A stretch of DNA of 64,000 nt, taken from assembly GCA_965153285.1 (NCBI GenBank), contig OZ229122.1. One strand, given 5' to 3'. Each line of letters opens with the position of its first letter. The first letter of the stretch is position 1. This stretch comes from Podarcis tiliguerta (taxonomy: Eukaryota). Positions 24,384 through 36,875 of this stretch are shown here, one piece after another. The position numbers and the translations under genes are program-made. The notes under the pieces are model-generated. The model ran no database searches. It saw nothing but the letters and a program-made list of their open reading frames with translations, and was not told the DNA's origin.

Positions 24384-25414
24384 CTTCAGTAGGTGTTAAG
24401 CCAAGGTATCAGCATCAAAAATGAAACTCTGCCTTATCCTCACACCCCCACTATTAAAACCAAGTAGTTTCAACGGCCTGAGGCTCACATTTGAGTCCCT
24501 TGTTGGACTATTGAGGTTGAAAGTACATGGGGGTAGGTGGGTCTGCTCCCATCTGTGAAGGTGACACCTGATTTTAGGTGATAAGACTACACCTTCCTGT
24601 TCAGACTCCTGTTCAGTCACTGTCATCTCCTGTTCAGGCTTTGTGATTCCAGCCTCATATAATGCTAGCATGTTTGGATCTAGTTAGTGCATGAAGGGGT
24701 TAAAACCACGGACTACACTGCCTTGCCAGGCTTAGCCTATGTCATCACTTCCCACCTTGGGAGGAAATAGGTCACCAAGACTTTGTGACCTCTCACTCTC
24801 CATGTGGAGTTCAATATGAGGAGTTCTGCATTGGTCACTCCAGCCACTCGGCTTTAACTAGCATCTTTTGTTTCAGACCAGAATTGAGTATGAAAGAAGC
24901 ATTTTCTCTACCAATAAAAGAGACCTAATTAACACTTGTGAGTGCTACTTATCAGGTGCACGCCACGGAGATTAATTGGTTCCTCTGTACTCACGGCAGA
25001 ATTGAAAGGATCACTTGTCAATCTTTCCTTTGGAAATAATAGGTTTTTATGAATGACACCCCCGCCCCCCGTTTTATGAATGAAGCTTATGTCAAACGTT
25101 ACCGTGAAACAAAAAGATGGACAGGAGAGCCGTGTTTGGTCCATGACTGACCCTGGCAGCCACCTCCAAAGTCACATAGGTAGGAAACACGGAAACTCCT
25201 CTAATCTACAACTGAATTGAAGGGAGCTGTTCAGCAGGAGAGGAGGAGACTTGCCAAATGAAGCAAGGGCAAGAAGAATGGATCCGGAGGGAAGAAGGAG
25301 ATCCCTAAAGGCATGGTCAAAAGATGTCTGAATAGGAATGAGAAATGCAGACAGGCAATTCGTAAATTATCTTGATTGACAGGCTGGAAGACATGCACTG
25401 GGCAACTCCTCCTT

Positions 25415-25822
25415 GTATGACATTTTGATGGTGTTTATGTTATGTTATGGGGTGGTCTTTATGTCAACGGTGGGGACAGGGCAAGGTGGGTGGATACTTT
25501 CTGAGTTTCTAAACATTGTTTCACACTTGTGTTTGGGGCTTTCTTCCGACTTTGTTGGAGCGAGACTCTGTTGCAACAGAAATCATGAAGCCCAATCTTA
25601 TCAGCTTGCCTTGCCCCCCCCAGTTTGATGCCTCCTTTGCTTCCTCTTACCCCTCAAGGGATCCTGCATCCCTCGGGAGGGGGTTACACTGTAGAAGCAA
25701 ACTGTTAGACCCTCCTCCTCCTCCTCCAACCCCTCCTTCTACCATTCATTCCCTGCTCCCTGTTTCTTCCTCCTCCTCTGACAGAGCTTCCAGCCCTGAT
25801 CCCAACAGCACTCATGACCCTT
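25415..25822 (-). mobile_element. Degenerate LTR-like element
   Basis: GA-rich minus strand with an acidic-then-basic cryptic frame like the LTR at 20715. No TSD found. Confidence 0.35.
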
Positions 25823-26369
25823 AATGAAATTCTAATACCTTGTGCAGTATCCTGAAATATCCACAGCAGTCATTCCTGGCCATTGGATGGCCGTCTGTCA
25901 GGGAGATGTTCCAGGTTCTGCTGGGAGGAAACAGGATGGGAGCAAAGGGCCACCTTGTTCCCAAAAATTACACCACTGGGATACAGAAAAGTTTTCTATT
26001 GAATTTTTCATTGGTAACATCTCAGAAGCTTGTTTCAATAGAGAGTGGGATGTATGCAGAATTTATTTGAAAGAACATTGCAAAAATATAAATCCGTTGG
26101 CAGGTCTGGATTGACTTTCTGCATGTACAAAATTAATGTAATTGAAACAACCTAAATGAGAAAAAGTTTAGTGTGCAGATAAAGAATGTAATCTGGGAAC
26201 CAATTGTTACATACAACAAGCACCACCTATGGAATGAATGTTTGTTTATTTTTCTTTTTGTTTTCTGTTGATTACTTATGTTACACAGTTTTTAAAACCA
26301 ATAAAGCATACACATGCACACGCACACACGATACAGAAAAGGTTTCATTGTTCTTTCAGCTTTGCTCTT

Positions 26370-26943
26370 AGACGCTTCATCTCAGGGTCGTGGGGTTCAA
26401 GCCCCACAGTGGACCCAACTTCATTCGAACGACAGAGAGGACTCTTTCTCCATAGAAGAACATGCCCTAATAAATCGGTTTTGGTCACTACAGACGCCAG
26501 CCCAAAGGGAAATCTTGGTTAGACTGGACACCCTGAGAAGCAGACTGACCAAAAAGGTGGCCCATGTTGAGACTACGGAAGGCTCATACACACGGCCTAT
26601 ATCCCCCAAGTGCCTAGTGGACAAGAGGACGGCGGGAGGCGCCTTTAAATGCGTAGATTCGGAAGACCAATCACAGCCTCCACTGGTGTATGGTAAGGCA
26701 AAACTAAAACAGACTGTCACATCTCCGAGTACCTGGTTCAACTATCTTAAACTCTCCCCAAATGAAATAGCTACTCCCCCAAGCCCAAACCACCCCCCTA
26801 AGTCCCCGGGAGCTATGGATAATCACTCCCCTATGCAGCAGATGCCTATTGACAAACTTAATGGGAGTGTTTTTTTAGATGTAAAGGGGTCACTGGACTC
26901 TGTGGACCCAACAAATCTACACCATGGAGGGACAGAGAATTAA
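26370..26943 (+). CDS. C-terminal part of LINE ORF1-like protein
   Basis: Open frame (part of ORF 26314-26943) directly upstream of, and overlapping, the APE ORF; helical motif EEHALINRFWSLQTPAQREILVRLDTLRSRL. Confidence 0.5.
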
Positions 26944-28109
26944 AGCTGCTGTCCTGGAACATTGCAGGATGGCGCGCTAAGAAAAACAATCAACAATTTG
27001 CGATGTTTCTTAAGCGATTTGATATCATCCTCCTGCAGGAGACCTGGTACAGCGACCCCATTTTGTTCAATGGGTATTCTTGCCACTCCCTACTTGCTAC
27101 TCCATCTGTGAGGGGAGGTAGGCCTAGTGGAGGTCTAGCTAGTCTCATCTCCACAGAGCTTGAACATTCCTTAAAAGCCCTCCCAAACTGCAATTCACTA
27201 GCCACGGCAGTCCTACTCAAAATCAAGAGAGAGGCACTGGTAGTGGTCAATGTCTACCTGCCCCCCTGCCAAAAAAAATCTATAGTGAAAGCTAACTGGG
27301 CAGAGTTAGAGGCATTCTTAGAGTCCATAGAATCTTCCTACCCTTCTACACCGATCATAATCGGGGGGGATTTCAACGCCCGTATGGGAACTGATGATGA
27401 CAACCTTTACAGCCAATATAATCAGATTCAGGACCCTGAAAGCCCAACCGAAGAATGCGTCTCACGACTTTCTAAAGATAATAAATGTAATTTCTCGGGG
27501 CTATGCCTAGCCCAGGTCGCAAAAAGAAGGGAGCTGATGATATTAAACGGTAGTAGGGAAGAGGACCACCCAGGGGAGTATACCCATCTTTCAAAGATGG
27601 GAGGAAGTGTGATAGACTATATTCTGATATCAAGATTCGCCTATAATTCTGTATCGACGTTTCAAGTGGGACATAACACCGAAAGCGACCACCTCCCACT
27701 AACTTTAGCGCTCAATGGCCCATCGTTTAACAAACCCACGGCTAACCTTTACTACACCCCCATCGTTAACCTGGGATCATTGGCCCCCAGAAGCATTAAA
27801 TGGTCCCCCATGCTTAATACAGAGCTAACTCACCTCCTCCATTCGGAAGACGTGAAGACCATCTACTCAGCCATTGTATTAGCCAATACCGGGGCAAAGG
27901 CCATGGACTCGTTCAACGAGTTATTAGCAAGACTAAAGACCTTCCTAACAACTGAGATACTTAACTCTGTTACAAAGCGGGCAAAGGATCAAGAGAGTTG
28001 GTTTGATTCGGAGTGTAGACAAGCAAGGAAACGTCTGAGATCAACCTATCGGAATTACAGAAACACCGGAGCACCTTCGCTATTTATGGCCTACATCTAT
28101 TTAAGATGA
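26940..28109 (+). CDS. LINE ORF2 N-terminus: apurinic/apyrimidinic (APE/EEP) endonuclease domain
   Basis: LLSWNIAG, IILLQETW, GGLA, VNVYLPP, IIGGDFNAR, ILNG, SVIDYILIS and SDHLPL motifs all in one frame. Stop TGA at 28107-28109, after which ORF2-like sequence continues briefly. Confidence 0.9.
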   Translation, partial: LKLLSWNIAGWRAKKNNQQFAMFLKRFDIILLQETWYSDPILFNGYSCHSLLATPSVRGGRPSGGLASLISTELEHSLKALPNCNSLATAVLLKIKREALVVVNVYLPPCQKKSIVKANWAELEAFLESIESSYPSTPIIIGGDFNARMGTDDDNLYSQYNQIQDPESPTEECVSRLSKDNKCNFSGLCLAQVAKRRELMILNGSREEDHPGEYTHLSKMGGSVIDYILISRFAYNSVSTFQVGHNTESDHLPLTLALNGPSFNKPTANLYYTPIVNLGSLAPRSIKWSPMLNTELTHLLHSEDVKTIYSAIVLANTGAKAMDSFNELLARLKTFLTTEILNSVTKRAKDQESWFDSECRQARKRLRSTYRNYRNTGAPSLFMAYIYLR

Positions 28110-28227
28110 AATTACAAACAGCTATTAAAGGTAAAAAAACAAAAAGCCGAGAGAATGGCCTGGTGTAGACTAGTGAAGGCCTCGAATGACAAAGACAAAA
28201 ATATTCCTGGACAAATTGGACAAAAAT

Positions 28228-28280
28228 ATAGATGACCCTTCTGGTCCCTTCCAACACTAGAATTTTATGATTCTAAGTAT
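28228..28280 (+). mobile_element. CR1-type 3' tail fragment
   Basis: TAGATGACC...GGTCCCTTCCAAC...TATGATTCTA. Confidence 0.6.
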
Positions 28281-29667
28281 CCCGACAGCTTGTTTTATTT
28301 AATTATTTTTTTCATGCCATTGCAGCAACCAGATAAGACCCCGTTTTGAAATATGCTACTAGGTTCCAAGTAGATCATTACTGCGGTGGCCTGAAATTTC
28401 TTTAATAAATTAAGTACATTATTTAAGCACCAGACATGGAGTGGGTAGCACAATTCACCTTGACACATGGTGACCAGTAGCTGCATGCATGATGTTATGC
28501 TCAGTTTGCATTGAGGAAACCTGCAGTTCTCACATGCATTCCTGACACTCCATTCAAGCTATTTTTAACACTGATAAATGGATGCAGTCCAAAATAAGGC
28601 ACCCCCAAGGGTCAAGACAGAGATTAAGCAAAAGTAAATTTATTATATCAAAAAAGAATTAGCTCTTCACTAGAGATGGTTAGCAAAATTAATAAGAGTT
28701 CAAAGAAAACAAATAATTAAAACCCAATTAACTCTAAAAACATGCCTGACAGCACACAGAAATGAATTAGGGTGTGATTAATTTGGTCAGGAACTGGGGG
28801 GGGGGTGGAGGTGGTCATGAAATTTGGCTTCAGAGATCCTGAAGGTGTTACTTGCTTTTATAGACAAAAAAAAGATTGCAAGAGGAGCAAAGAAATTTAG
28901 ATAGTGATTTAGTGGAGCTTTTATTTTATTTATTTAATCTATTAGTCTCTTGTCATCCAAAGGGCCCCAGCAAAGAAAAATATACAATACATATTACCAT
29001 AGGGGAGGAATGGGACAGAATCATATTAATATTTCATATGGCATAGAATTAACATTTCATATAACATAACATCCATAGGGAAAAAAAAACAGTTGTATAA
29101 ATAGTAGCAAACAACATTAACATTTCTCAAAGAATAAACAAAGCAATACTCTGACCCACTAATTAGCAACCTTCCTGTAGTCCAAACATTACCCACACTC
29201 CACACTCCACCCGGACTTGTGATGTCAAGAGCAGCCTTTGCAAATCTGCAGTGGGGAGTGGTCCTGAGTTCTGCTCCAGGGATGCTCGGGATTCTCTTCT
29301 CTCTTTGGGGGCAATAGCAAGGCAAAGCAGAAAGATGGCAGCAAACATTTTACCTGCTTTGCAGTTGACCAAGCTACTGCTCCTCTCCTGCTGCTGGTAG
29401 AGATGCAAGAATCAGAAGGGAGCAATTGGAAAACAATTTCATAAATGTTCTGCTTCTGCAAAAGAGCAGTAGCAAGTGGCTATGAGTGACAAGAAAGGGG
29501 AAACCTGAGATTTCAGGCTAAAACTGCAAAAAGAAGAAAGGAACAGATCACCCTCAAAACCAGAGCAAGTTGATTTGGCTTTGAAAAGCAGCTAAATAAT
29601 GTTAATGCAGAGGTGTGCTATGTTGTACCTACAACTTCTCTGCATCTCTTCAAGGCATAGGTGCCTT

Positions 29668-30041
29668 TAGGTAAAGGTAAAGGTAAAGGTACCCCTGCCC
29701 GTACGGGCCAGTCGTGTCCGACTCTAGCGTTGCGTGCTCATCTCGCTCTAGAGGCCATGAGCCGGCGCCGTCCTAAGACACTTCCGGGTCACGTGGCCAC
29801 TGTGACGAAGCTGCAGCTGGCGAGCCGGCACCAGCGCAGCACACGGAAATGCCGTTTACCTTCCCGCTATAAAGCGGTCCCTATTTATCTACTTGCACTT
29901 AAGAGTGCTTTCGAACTGCTAGGTGGGCAGGAGCTGGGACGAATGACGGGAGCTCACCCCGCCGCGGGGATTCGAACCGTCGACCATACGATCGGCAAGT
30001 CCTAGGCACTAAGGTTTTACCCACAGCGCCACCCGCGTCCC
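29668..30041 (-). mobile_element. Sauria SINE, full length, different subfamily
   Basis: (GGTAAA)n tail on the plus strand; GGGACGCGGGTGGCGCTGTGG head on the minus strand; CpG-rich; short TSD TGCCTT. Confidence 0.92.
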
Positions 30042-30162
30042 TTTGCCTTGTTCTTATATGCCAATCAGAATGGAAGCATTTCAAGAAAACTTGACACTTT
30101 AGAAGGAGCTAAAACAATAGGGCACCCTTCTTCCTTTGGAAAATGTCAATAATTATATCCAG

Positions 30163-30522
30163 TAGGGCAGTGCAAGGCTCCCACAATTCATATTAGGGTC
30201 CAATCCAGTGATCCTGATTGGACACTGGTCAGACCCAGACTGACGTGGACCTAGGAACCAGTCCAGGCCCCTAACCAAATTGGGGAATTTGCACAATCCT
30301 AAACCTAAGTCAATGGTGAGGAGTGGGGAGAAGGAACAGGCAGGTAGAGACTGTTGCCTGCATTGTCTCTCCCCACCACAACCTGGCAGCGATTTACGGG
30401 TGTAAATCAGGACACTTTGGGCCAATCCTGAATTTTGTCCAGAGTATGTTCAGGCAGCCCTGGATCACCCTAAATCAGCCGAATTTGGTTTCAGATGTTT
30501 CCAGGCTGGATGAACAGCCCTA
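30163..30522. mobile_element. Degenerate hAT-like MITE
   Basis: Termini TAGGGCAGTGCA...TGAACAGCCCTA; no TSD seen. Confidence 0.45.
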
Positions 30523-30627
30523 GGCTAGGGTTAATAGTTCTTCACTGTCAAATGTTATTTGTCAAATATTGTTCTCCCTTGACATATGTTATAGCTATAA
30601 TATTATTGTAAGAAAAAGCAAATAGTT

Positions 30628-31527
30628 CAGGAGTGGGATTGCTAAGAGGTTGTTGGGTAATTGACAAAAGGTGCCCCTTGCTCATGAACCAAAGTACTGC
30701 ATTAAGCTGTGAAGGAAGCTGTGTTGTGTCAGACGTATTTAACAATAGCACCTGTTTAGCACTATAGCACTCAGTTTCTGTAACTTCACAGAAACTGAGT
30801 TAAACATTTTACCACCTATTCTAGAAACCAAAACATGTACCTGAAGTGTAACAACTGATATTTAGCAACTGAAGTTTAAGAGAAGCTGTGCATTTACTAC
30901 TTTGATTTAATGCCTGTGACATCTTGTAAAAAAGGTAAAGGACCCCTCACAGTTAAGTCCAGTCGCAGACGACTCTGAGGGAGCCAGCGTTTGTCTGCAG
31001 GCAGTTTTTCTGGGTCATGTGGTCAGCATGACTAAGCCGCTTCTGGCGCAATGGAGCACTGAACCCAGAGCAGTGCACGGAAACTCCATTTACCTTCCCA
31101 ACGGAGCGGTACCTATTTATCCACTTGCACCTTTGGCGCTTTTGAACTGCTAGGTTGGCAGGAGCAGGGACCGAGCAACGGGAGCTCACCCCATTGTGGG
31201 GATTTGAACCGCCGACCTTCTGATCGGTAAGTCCAAGAGGCTCAGTGGTTTAGACCACAGAGCCACCCGCGTCCTTGTGACATCTTTAGATTTAGTGTAA
31301 TTAATGAGTTAGCTGTTTTCTGAAATAACACAACTCCTGACCCACCTTTGTTTTGTAAATAAAACCTTTCTTATTTGTTCAACTTCTGCCTAAGACTCCA
31401 AATCACTAATTTTCCCTCACACAAGATCCAAAAAATAACCTGTGGTAATTTAGAAATGTAATTAATTGGCATACTGTGTGGTAGGTTTGCTAGGTTCATT
31501 GCAGGTTTAATTGGGGATCCACTTCAA
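30628..31527 (+). mobile_element. LTR-like element, copy 3 (3' part), interrupted by a Sauria SINE
   Basis: High similarity to 2711-3910 once the nested inserts are removed. Confidence 0.75.
30926..31275 (-). mobile_element. Sauria SINE
   Basis: Diagnostic head and tail; TSD TGTGACATCTT at 30915-30925 and 31276-31286. Confidence 0.92.
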
Positions 31528-32904
31528 TGTACCTGTAGCAGCAAAATCAGACACATTCCTCTGCACCAGCTGCAATAAAACATGTCTCTCCCATATTAGT
31601 CTCTACAGCCACAGCAGACACTCTAACTCTCCAGTGGTTTGATTTTACCCCCAAAGGCACACTATTCCATTGTCTCTTAAGACAGGTGGATGGCAACAAT
31701 TATTGCACTCTAAATTAACTTCTTGAGAGTTGAAATTTTTGTCTTTGGTATTTGTCCCAGTATGAATCCAGATGCTTGCCTCTTGTACTTAGAGCTGCGT
31801 CACAAAACATCTGTTTAAAGTAAATAATGCATTTGAGCTCATCCTGTTGAACTCCATGTGCTTTGACCGTACACTATTTTGGCCTTAGGCACAATCCCTG
31901 GAACACAACCCCCACATAAGTTGCAGGCTTACTGTATATAGTATATGTGTACATACCATACAACGATGAAATTCTTTCCTTTCTGAAACTGCACACCACA
32001 GAAACCCTATAGCAATAAATCTTCTGTGTTCAGTCTGAAAACGGGGGCGGGGAGGTCCTTTACTGTAATAATGGTTGTTATTCCTCAGCATCGTCCTCCC
32101 TGCACCAAGCCAGTGTGAGTTTTGTTTCTCTGCGATGACTGCAGAAAATAATAGAAGCAAGAAACATACTACCCATGATGAACTGAAGACTGTATATATT
32201 TTTGACTCCATAAATCACAGCACAGAATGGGCAAAAAAACCCAGACAAAACTATGCCTAATCCTAAATCCTACTGAGTTAACAGAAATTACTCCCAGGGA
32301 AATGTGAATAGTATAGCAGCTTTAGATAGATACTTTGCTGAGCACCTTCCAAGCAGGAGTGCTGCATACAAATAGGAACAGATTGGATGTTCCTTTTCCA
32401 ATTGTTTTGGTTATTTGTGCGTGATTGATTGATCTTCTGGTCTTGCTTCTAAGGATTCCTGTGTGAGATGATGTGTGAGAGAGGAACTATTCAACCAGCC
32501 TCCAACCATCTCACAGATCTCAGTTGTCACACCCAACGCAGGATTAGACAGTTTCTCAATGCAACAGATTTATACTTCCAAGGCAGGTCTTGGGGCTGTA
32601 TACCACACAACCTAAAACGCAGGTGTCTTCCTTTGATTTCACCAGGTAAAGTAGGAGAGGGAACCTTCTTTGGCTCATTGGCCAGATCCTTTTCACACCT
32701 GCTCACCTACATGAAATATAATCACAATGACAACTTTTGTTTCAACTAAGATCTCAGTGGTATCAGGCCACACATTTAGCTACTAGTTGTCAAGTATCAA
32801 AATCAAAGAGATATGCATGGAAGCAGCCCAAGAAGCAGCTTTCACATTTTTGTCTATGTGGGAGATTGGCAACCAAAGCAAACAATGCATATCCTTGCAA
32901 GTTA

Positions 32905-33420
32905 GCATGTGGTTAATACCATAGAACCACACTGAGGGTAGGCTGACTCAGACCATAGAAATGTAATTAGTAGAGAAGACTCTGTGTGATGTCATTTCCC
33001 CCTCCTTTCTTGGGCAAGAAGAATCTAATAAATATTTCCTGTTCCTTCTCTTTCTCTTTGACCAGTGATGGGACAGGCCTCCTGCCAACTTCTCCAGCAT
33101 CAGACACATGCCTGAGGCTGCTTATCCTAGAAATATAAATATTTCTCCTGCATTTATTTTACTGCTGTTGCTTCCAAGAATAAATGCATGTCTGAGTAAG
33201 TAAATTACATTTTAAACTTACTTATCAGTCTGTTGTATGATTCTTTGTTAACCAGGGTAAGAAAGGGGGAGCCAGCTTGTTTTGCAGCTGGCCTTAATTA
33301 AAAGAAGGCTTCACATCTTATTCCCATTCTTTCCATTTTTCTGCTAAGGATGGGACCTCAAACTCTGCTCCTCCCTGCTGATCTTTTTGTATGTTCAACC
33401 TGCACACATGGGCACATGGA
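32905..33420 (+). mobile_element. Probable solo LTR
   Basis: TG start, AP-1 site TGACTCA, TATA-like motif, AATAAA and U5-like T-rich end; boundaries not confirmed by a TSD. Confidence 0.35.
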
Positions 33421-33488
33421 GAGATAAATTGCAATTTATATATTCTCTCCTACCTATTAAAACTCCCCCTACAGTATATGCTCTAGTC

Positions 33489-33624
33489 CAGGCATCCCCA
33501 ACCTGTGGCCCTCCAGATGTTTTGGCCTACAACTCCCATGATCCCTAGCTAACAGGGCCAGTGGTCAGGGATGATGGGAACTGTAGTACAAAACATCTGG
33601 AGGGTCGAAGGTTGGGGATGCCTA
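33489..33624. mobile_element. hAT MITE (palindromic)
   Basis: Long TIRs CAGGCATCCCCAACCT / AGGTTGGGGATGCCT; 8-bp TSD CTCTAGTC. Confidence 0.9.
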
Positions 33625-34559
33625 CTCTAGTCTCATTTCAGCAGCAGGTGAATATGTTTATTTAATCAGGCTTTTTAGGAGGTTTAGCTTAACAGGTGGG
33701 TGAGGGGAGAGAGACTTTCTGCTGACCGTCAGGCAATGGTTTTCCCCACCTGCCTTGCCCCACCCTCCATCCCTAGGAGCCCTAAGACAGGCATTGTGCG
33801 GATGTTGATGAACTGAGTGGAAGATTGTGAGTCAAAGGGGTGGGAACAGTGTGTGTGTGTGTTGTTCATATTGTTTTGTGGATGAGTGCTTGTGAATCTT
33901 GTAATATGACTTTGGTTGTGCTGTTTAGCTTATTTTTTTAGTTGTTTTGTTAACAGTATTGTACAGAAAATGGTTATTTTACGGATGATTTGCTGATAAT
34001 TCTATGTGATATTTGCTGCAATTGTGATGTTCTATTATTATTTATTGTTTGTGAGCCACTTTGTGATTCGTGTGAGTGAAAAGCAGCAGAGAAATATAAC
34101 AAATGACATGACATGAAAACTTATCCATAAATGCCCCAAATACACAAAAGGTGCCTTTCTGACCAAGTGCAATGGCCCTCCCTGTGGAACCCATGCCTGC
34201 TGCTACATGTTTGCTGCAGTCCTCCCCTCTTGCTTTGCAGTCTGGCTTGCCTCTTTACAAAATCCCAGCCACTCTTTGGAGAGCTGGGAAGAAAATTGCA
34301 GCAAGGAAGGAGCTGGCCCAGCACCAAAGTTCTATTAAAAAGTAATGAAATTCTATCATCAAGTGAAAAGGCAGAGCTGGTGTTGTTCGGAGAGCAGCTT
34401 AGGAGCAATACATCATTGCTGCCCCCTCAATGAGTGATTAAAATGTGAAAGGGGGCAGTCAGAATGAATTTGGGTCTTGTGTTTTGGAAGAATGGGAACC
34501 AGTTATGTTGCTGCTCCCTTGGCGGAACTAACAGTAATTGAGCTGGGCGTCTCAGAAAC

Positions 34560-34890
34560 AGAAACCCTCCCGCGCAGCTGCTGACACCTACTTAGATGAA
34601 ATAGGGGTTAAGAATACAAACTGTATGCTAAAGAATGAAGCCGCTCCTGCTACAAAGCACAGCCTATTTTAACTTGCTGCAGAGCTGGGAATGAGGGAGC
34701 GTCTTTAGGGAGAGCGAGCGAGAGAGCAAAACACTGAGCATTTACTATTTTCTTAGCATAGTGAACATTCCGACATGTCCAATAACTTCCTAGTTGTTGC
34801 TCAAGCATGTCTTAAGGCAGAAGTAGTTGAAACTCCCGATGGAGTACGATGACCCCTTCTCCGTGGAATGGATCACAGCTGCGTCCCAGA
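34560..34890. promoter_or_regulatory. Candidate muscle-type enhancer motif cluster
   Basis: Two CAGCTG E-boxes, three CATTCC/GGAATG (TEAD MCAT-like) motifs and an imperfect MEF2-like A/T site in non-repetitive sequence. Confidence 0.25.
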
Positions 34891-36599
34891 ACAAATGACT
34901 TGCATGCATACATAAATAAAATTCGGTGGCCTGGTAGTTTAAAATTCAGTCTGGACTTATCTGAGAAATTTTACCAGCACTAGATAACAAAATTATTTGG
35001 CAGTTCACCTCTTGTGCATTTTACTTTCTTCACCATCCAGCCCAGTTCTACTGGACCCAATTCAAAAGATTGGAGAGGGTTTTTTTTCAGCACCACCTGC
35101 AAATGAGTTACCGTATTTGAGACATGGTCAGTCAGCATCAGAACTGGCCTTCTGTCATGTTTCACGGTCAGCAGCTTCTCTGCATATCAGGCAGCTGAAT
35201 GTCTTTGAAATGGGGGACCCACCAAGAAACACACTTCTGCCACAGCCTGTGAGCACAACAAAGGAGGTTCCCAGGGCTGCCCCAAGACAAGGTGTTGCTT
35301 GAAGCACAGAACAAGATGGTGCCTAGAGTGCAACTAGGCTGGCAGCAGGATCTGACTTCAACACTGGCAATAGGACAGTGTCCTTCCCTGCACTTGCAGG
35401 TCTGATCTGGTCAGTAGGATGGCAACCCAGAAAGAAACAATAGGGATCCAGCTGTGAGTGGTCCTCTTGCCCACAGTCCTCCCTCAATTGCTTCATTATC
35501 TGCCCCACTGCGAATAAATGCAGATGGAAAACATGGAGAAGAGAACCAGAATGTGAAGGGTGTTTGTTTGTTTGTTTGTTTGTTTTAGCAATGATATTCA
35601 TTTTTTTCCACCCAGTTTAGTTGTTGATAGATAGTTGTGGTTAAATGGGATTTTCTCTTTTGAAGTTGTTTCCTGCAATTTGTTCCAAAATGCTTGCAAT
35701 TTGGAGCTACACTGTTATTGAGACATTATTTAGCATTGTAGCATTTTGCAGCCTGAACTTCAGTGTCCTCTGACACCTGGGTTGTGTTCTCTGCTGTGTC
35801 CCTTCAGATGGCTGCTCCCAGCCCTTCTTACCCTGCAAGGCTGGGTTCAGTATGTTTTTGCAATCTGCAGCCATGCTGCCATATGCTTGCAACTGTTCTT
35901 AAATGCTCTTTGTCGTATGAACTATAAATGCTGCTGCTTCTCAATTTGAACACACAAAATACCTTGAACTAGATTTTTATTAGTGGGAATAAACCTTCTT
36001 TTTGAGGGTATCTGTGTTGTGCCTCATCTTACCAGGAGATTTTCACAAAAGCAGCTGCAGCAATAAAGACCTGTGCCTGACCTCAGAGGCTGTTTGGTGC
36101 TAGTCTGGGTAATCAATGTAACCATTGCGATCAGCTATCTCATCTGATTTTATCAAAAGGGAATCTGGGGAGGGATTCAGCATGTAAATTAACTTACAAA
36201 GACTTTTAGCACTTTTGAGGGTTATGTTCTGGGCCATGTGTATTCTGTGATCAAAATAAAATCAAAATTTTGTGTCATGGTAACCCCAAAATCTTTACGC
36301 AGAAAAGCTGGATTTTTCAACCAGTATAAATTATGCAAGGAAGAATCTGCATAATGTATCTTATATTGCATAATTCATTTCGTGATGTCCCTTTTAATGA
36401 ATTTATTAAGTTAATAGAAGAAAAATAGTAGATGTGCAGCTAGGATCAAATCAATATCTGAAGAACGAAAATGACATGTGCTGGCTAGTTAGTAACAGTG
36501 AGTCTCAAATATAGACATAATTGGGAACCAATTAAAAAGGGGGGTGTTTGGGTTAGTAGCCAATGGGAAAGTGACTATGAAGAGCAAACGCAGCATAGG

Positions 36600-36875
36600 A
36601 TGGATGGATATACCCCGCCCTTTTCCATCATGGGACTTCCGGTGGCCCTACAGGTAAAAACAAGAATGCTAATAACAAAAAACCCCAATAATTAAAAACC
36701 ATTAAGAATTGATAGCAACCATACAAACCATACAAATAATTGTAATAAAAACAGCATAGCACCAGCCCTTTCATTAAAAGCAGTCAGTTCCCAAAAGCCT
36801 GTTGGGCAACGAAGATCTTCAGCTGCCATGGGAAGGGGGAAGTTCCACATTCTGGGGACAGCCACTGAGAAGGTT
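36600..36875 (-). mobile_element. L2 LINE 3' tail fragment
   Basis: Shares CAGCA.AGCACCAGCCCTT.CATTAAAAGCAGTCAGTTCC with 15805-15850. Confidence 0.65.

Larger units (their letters stand above)
26370..28200 (+). mobile_element. RTE-X-like non-LTR retrotransposon fragment (end of ORF1 plus ORF2 endonuclease)
   Basis: Overlapping ORF1 tail and APE-domain ORF2; ends before the RT domain. Confidence 0.85.
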
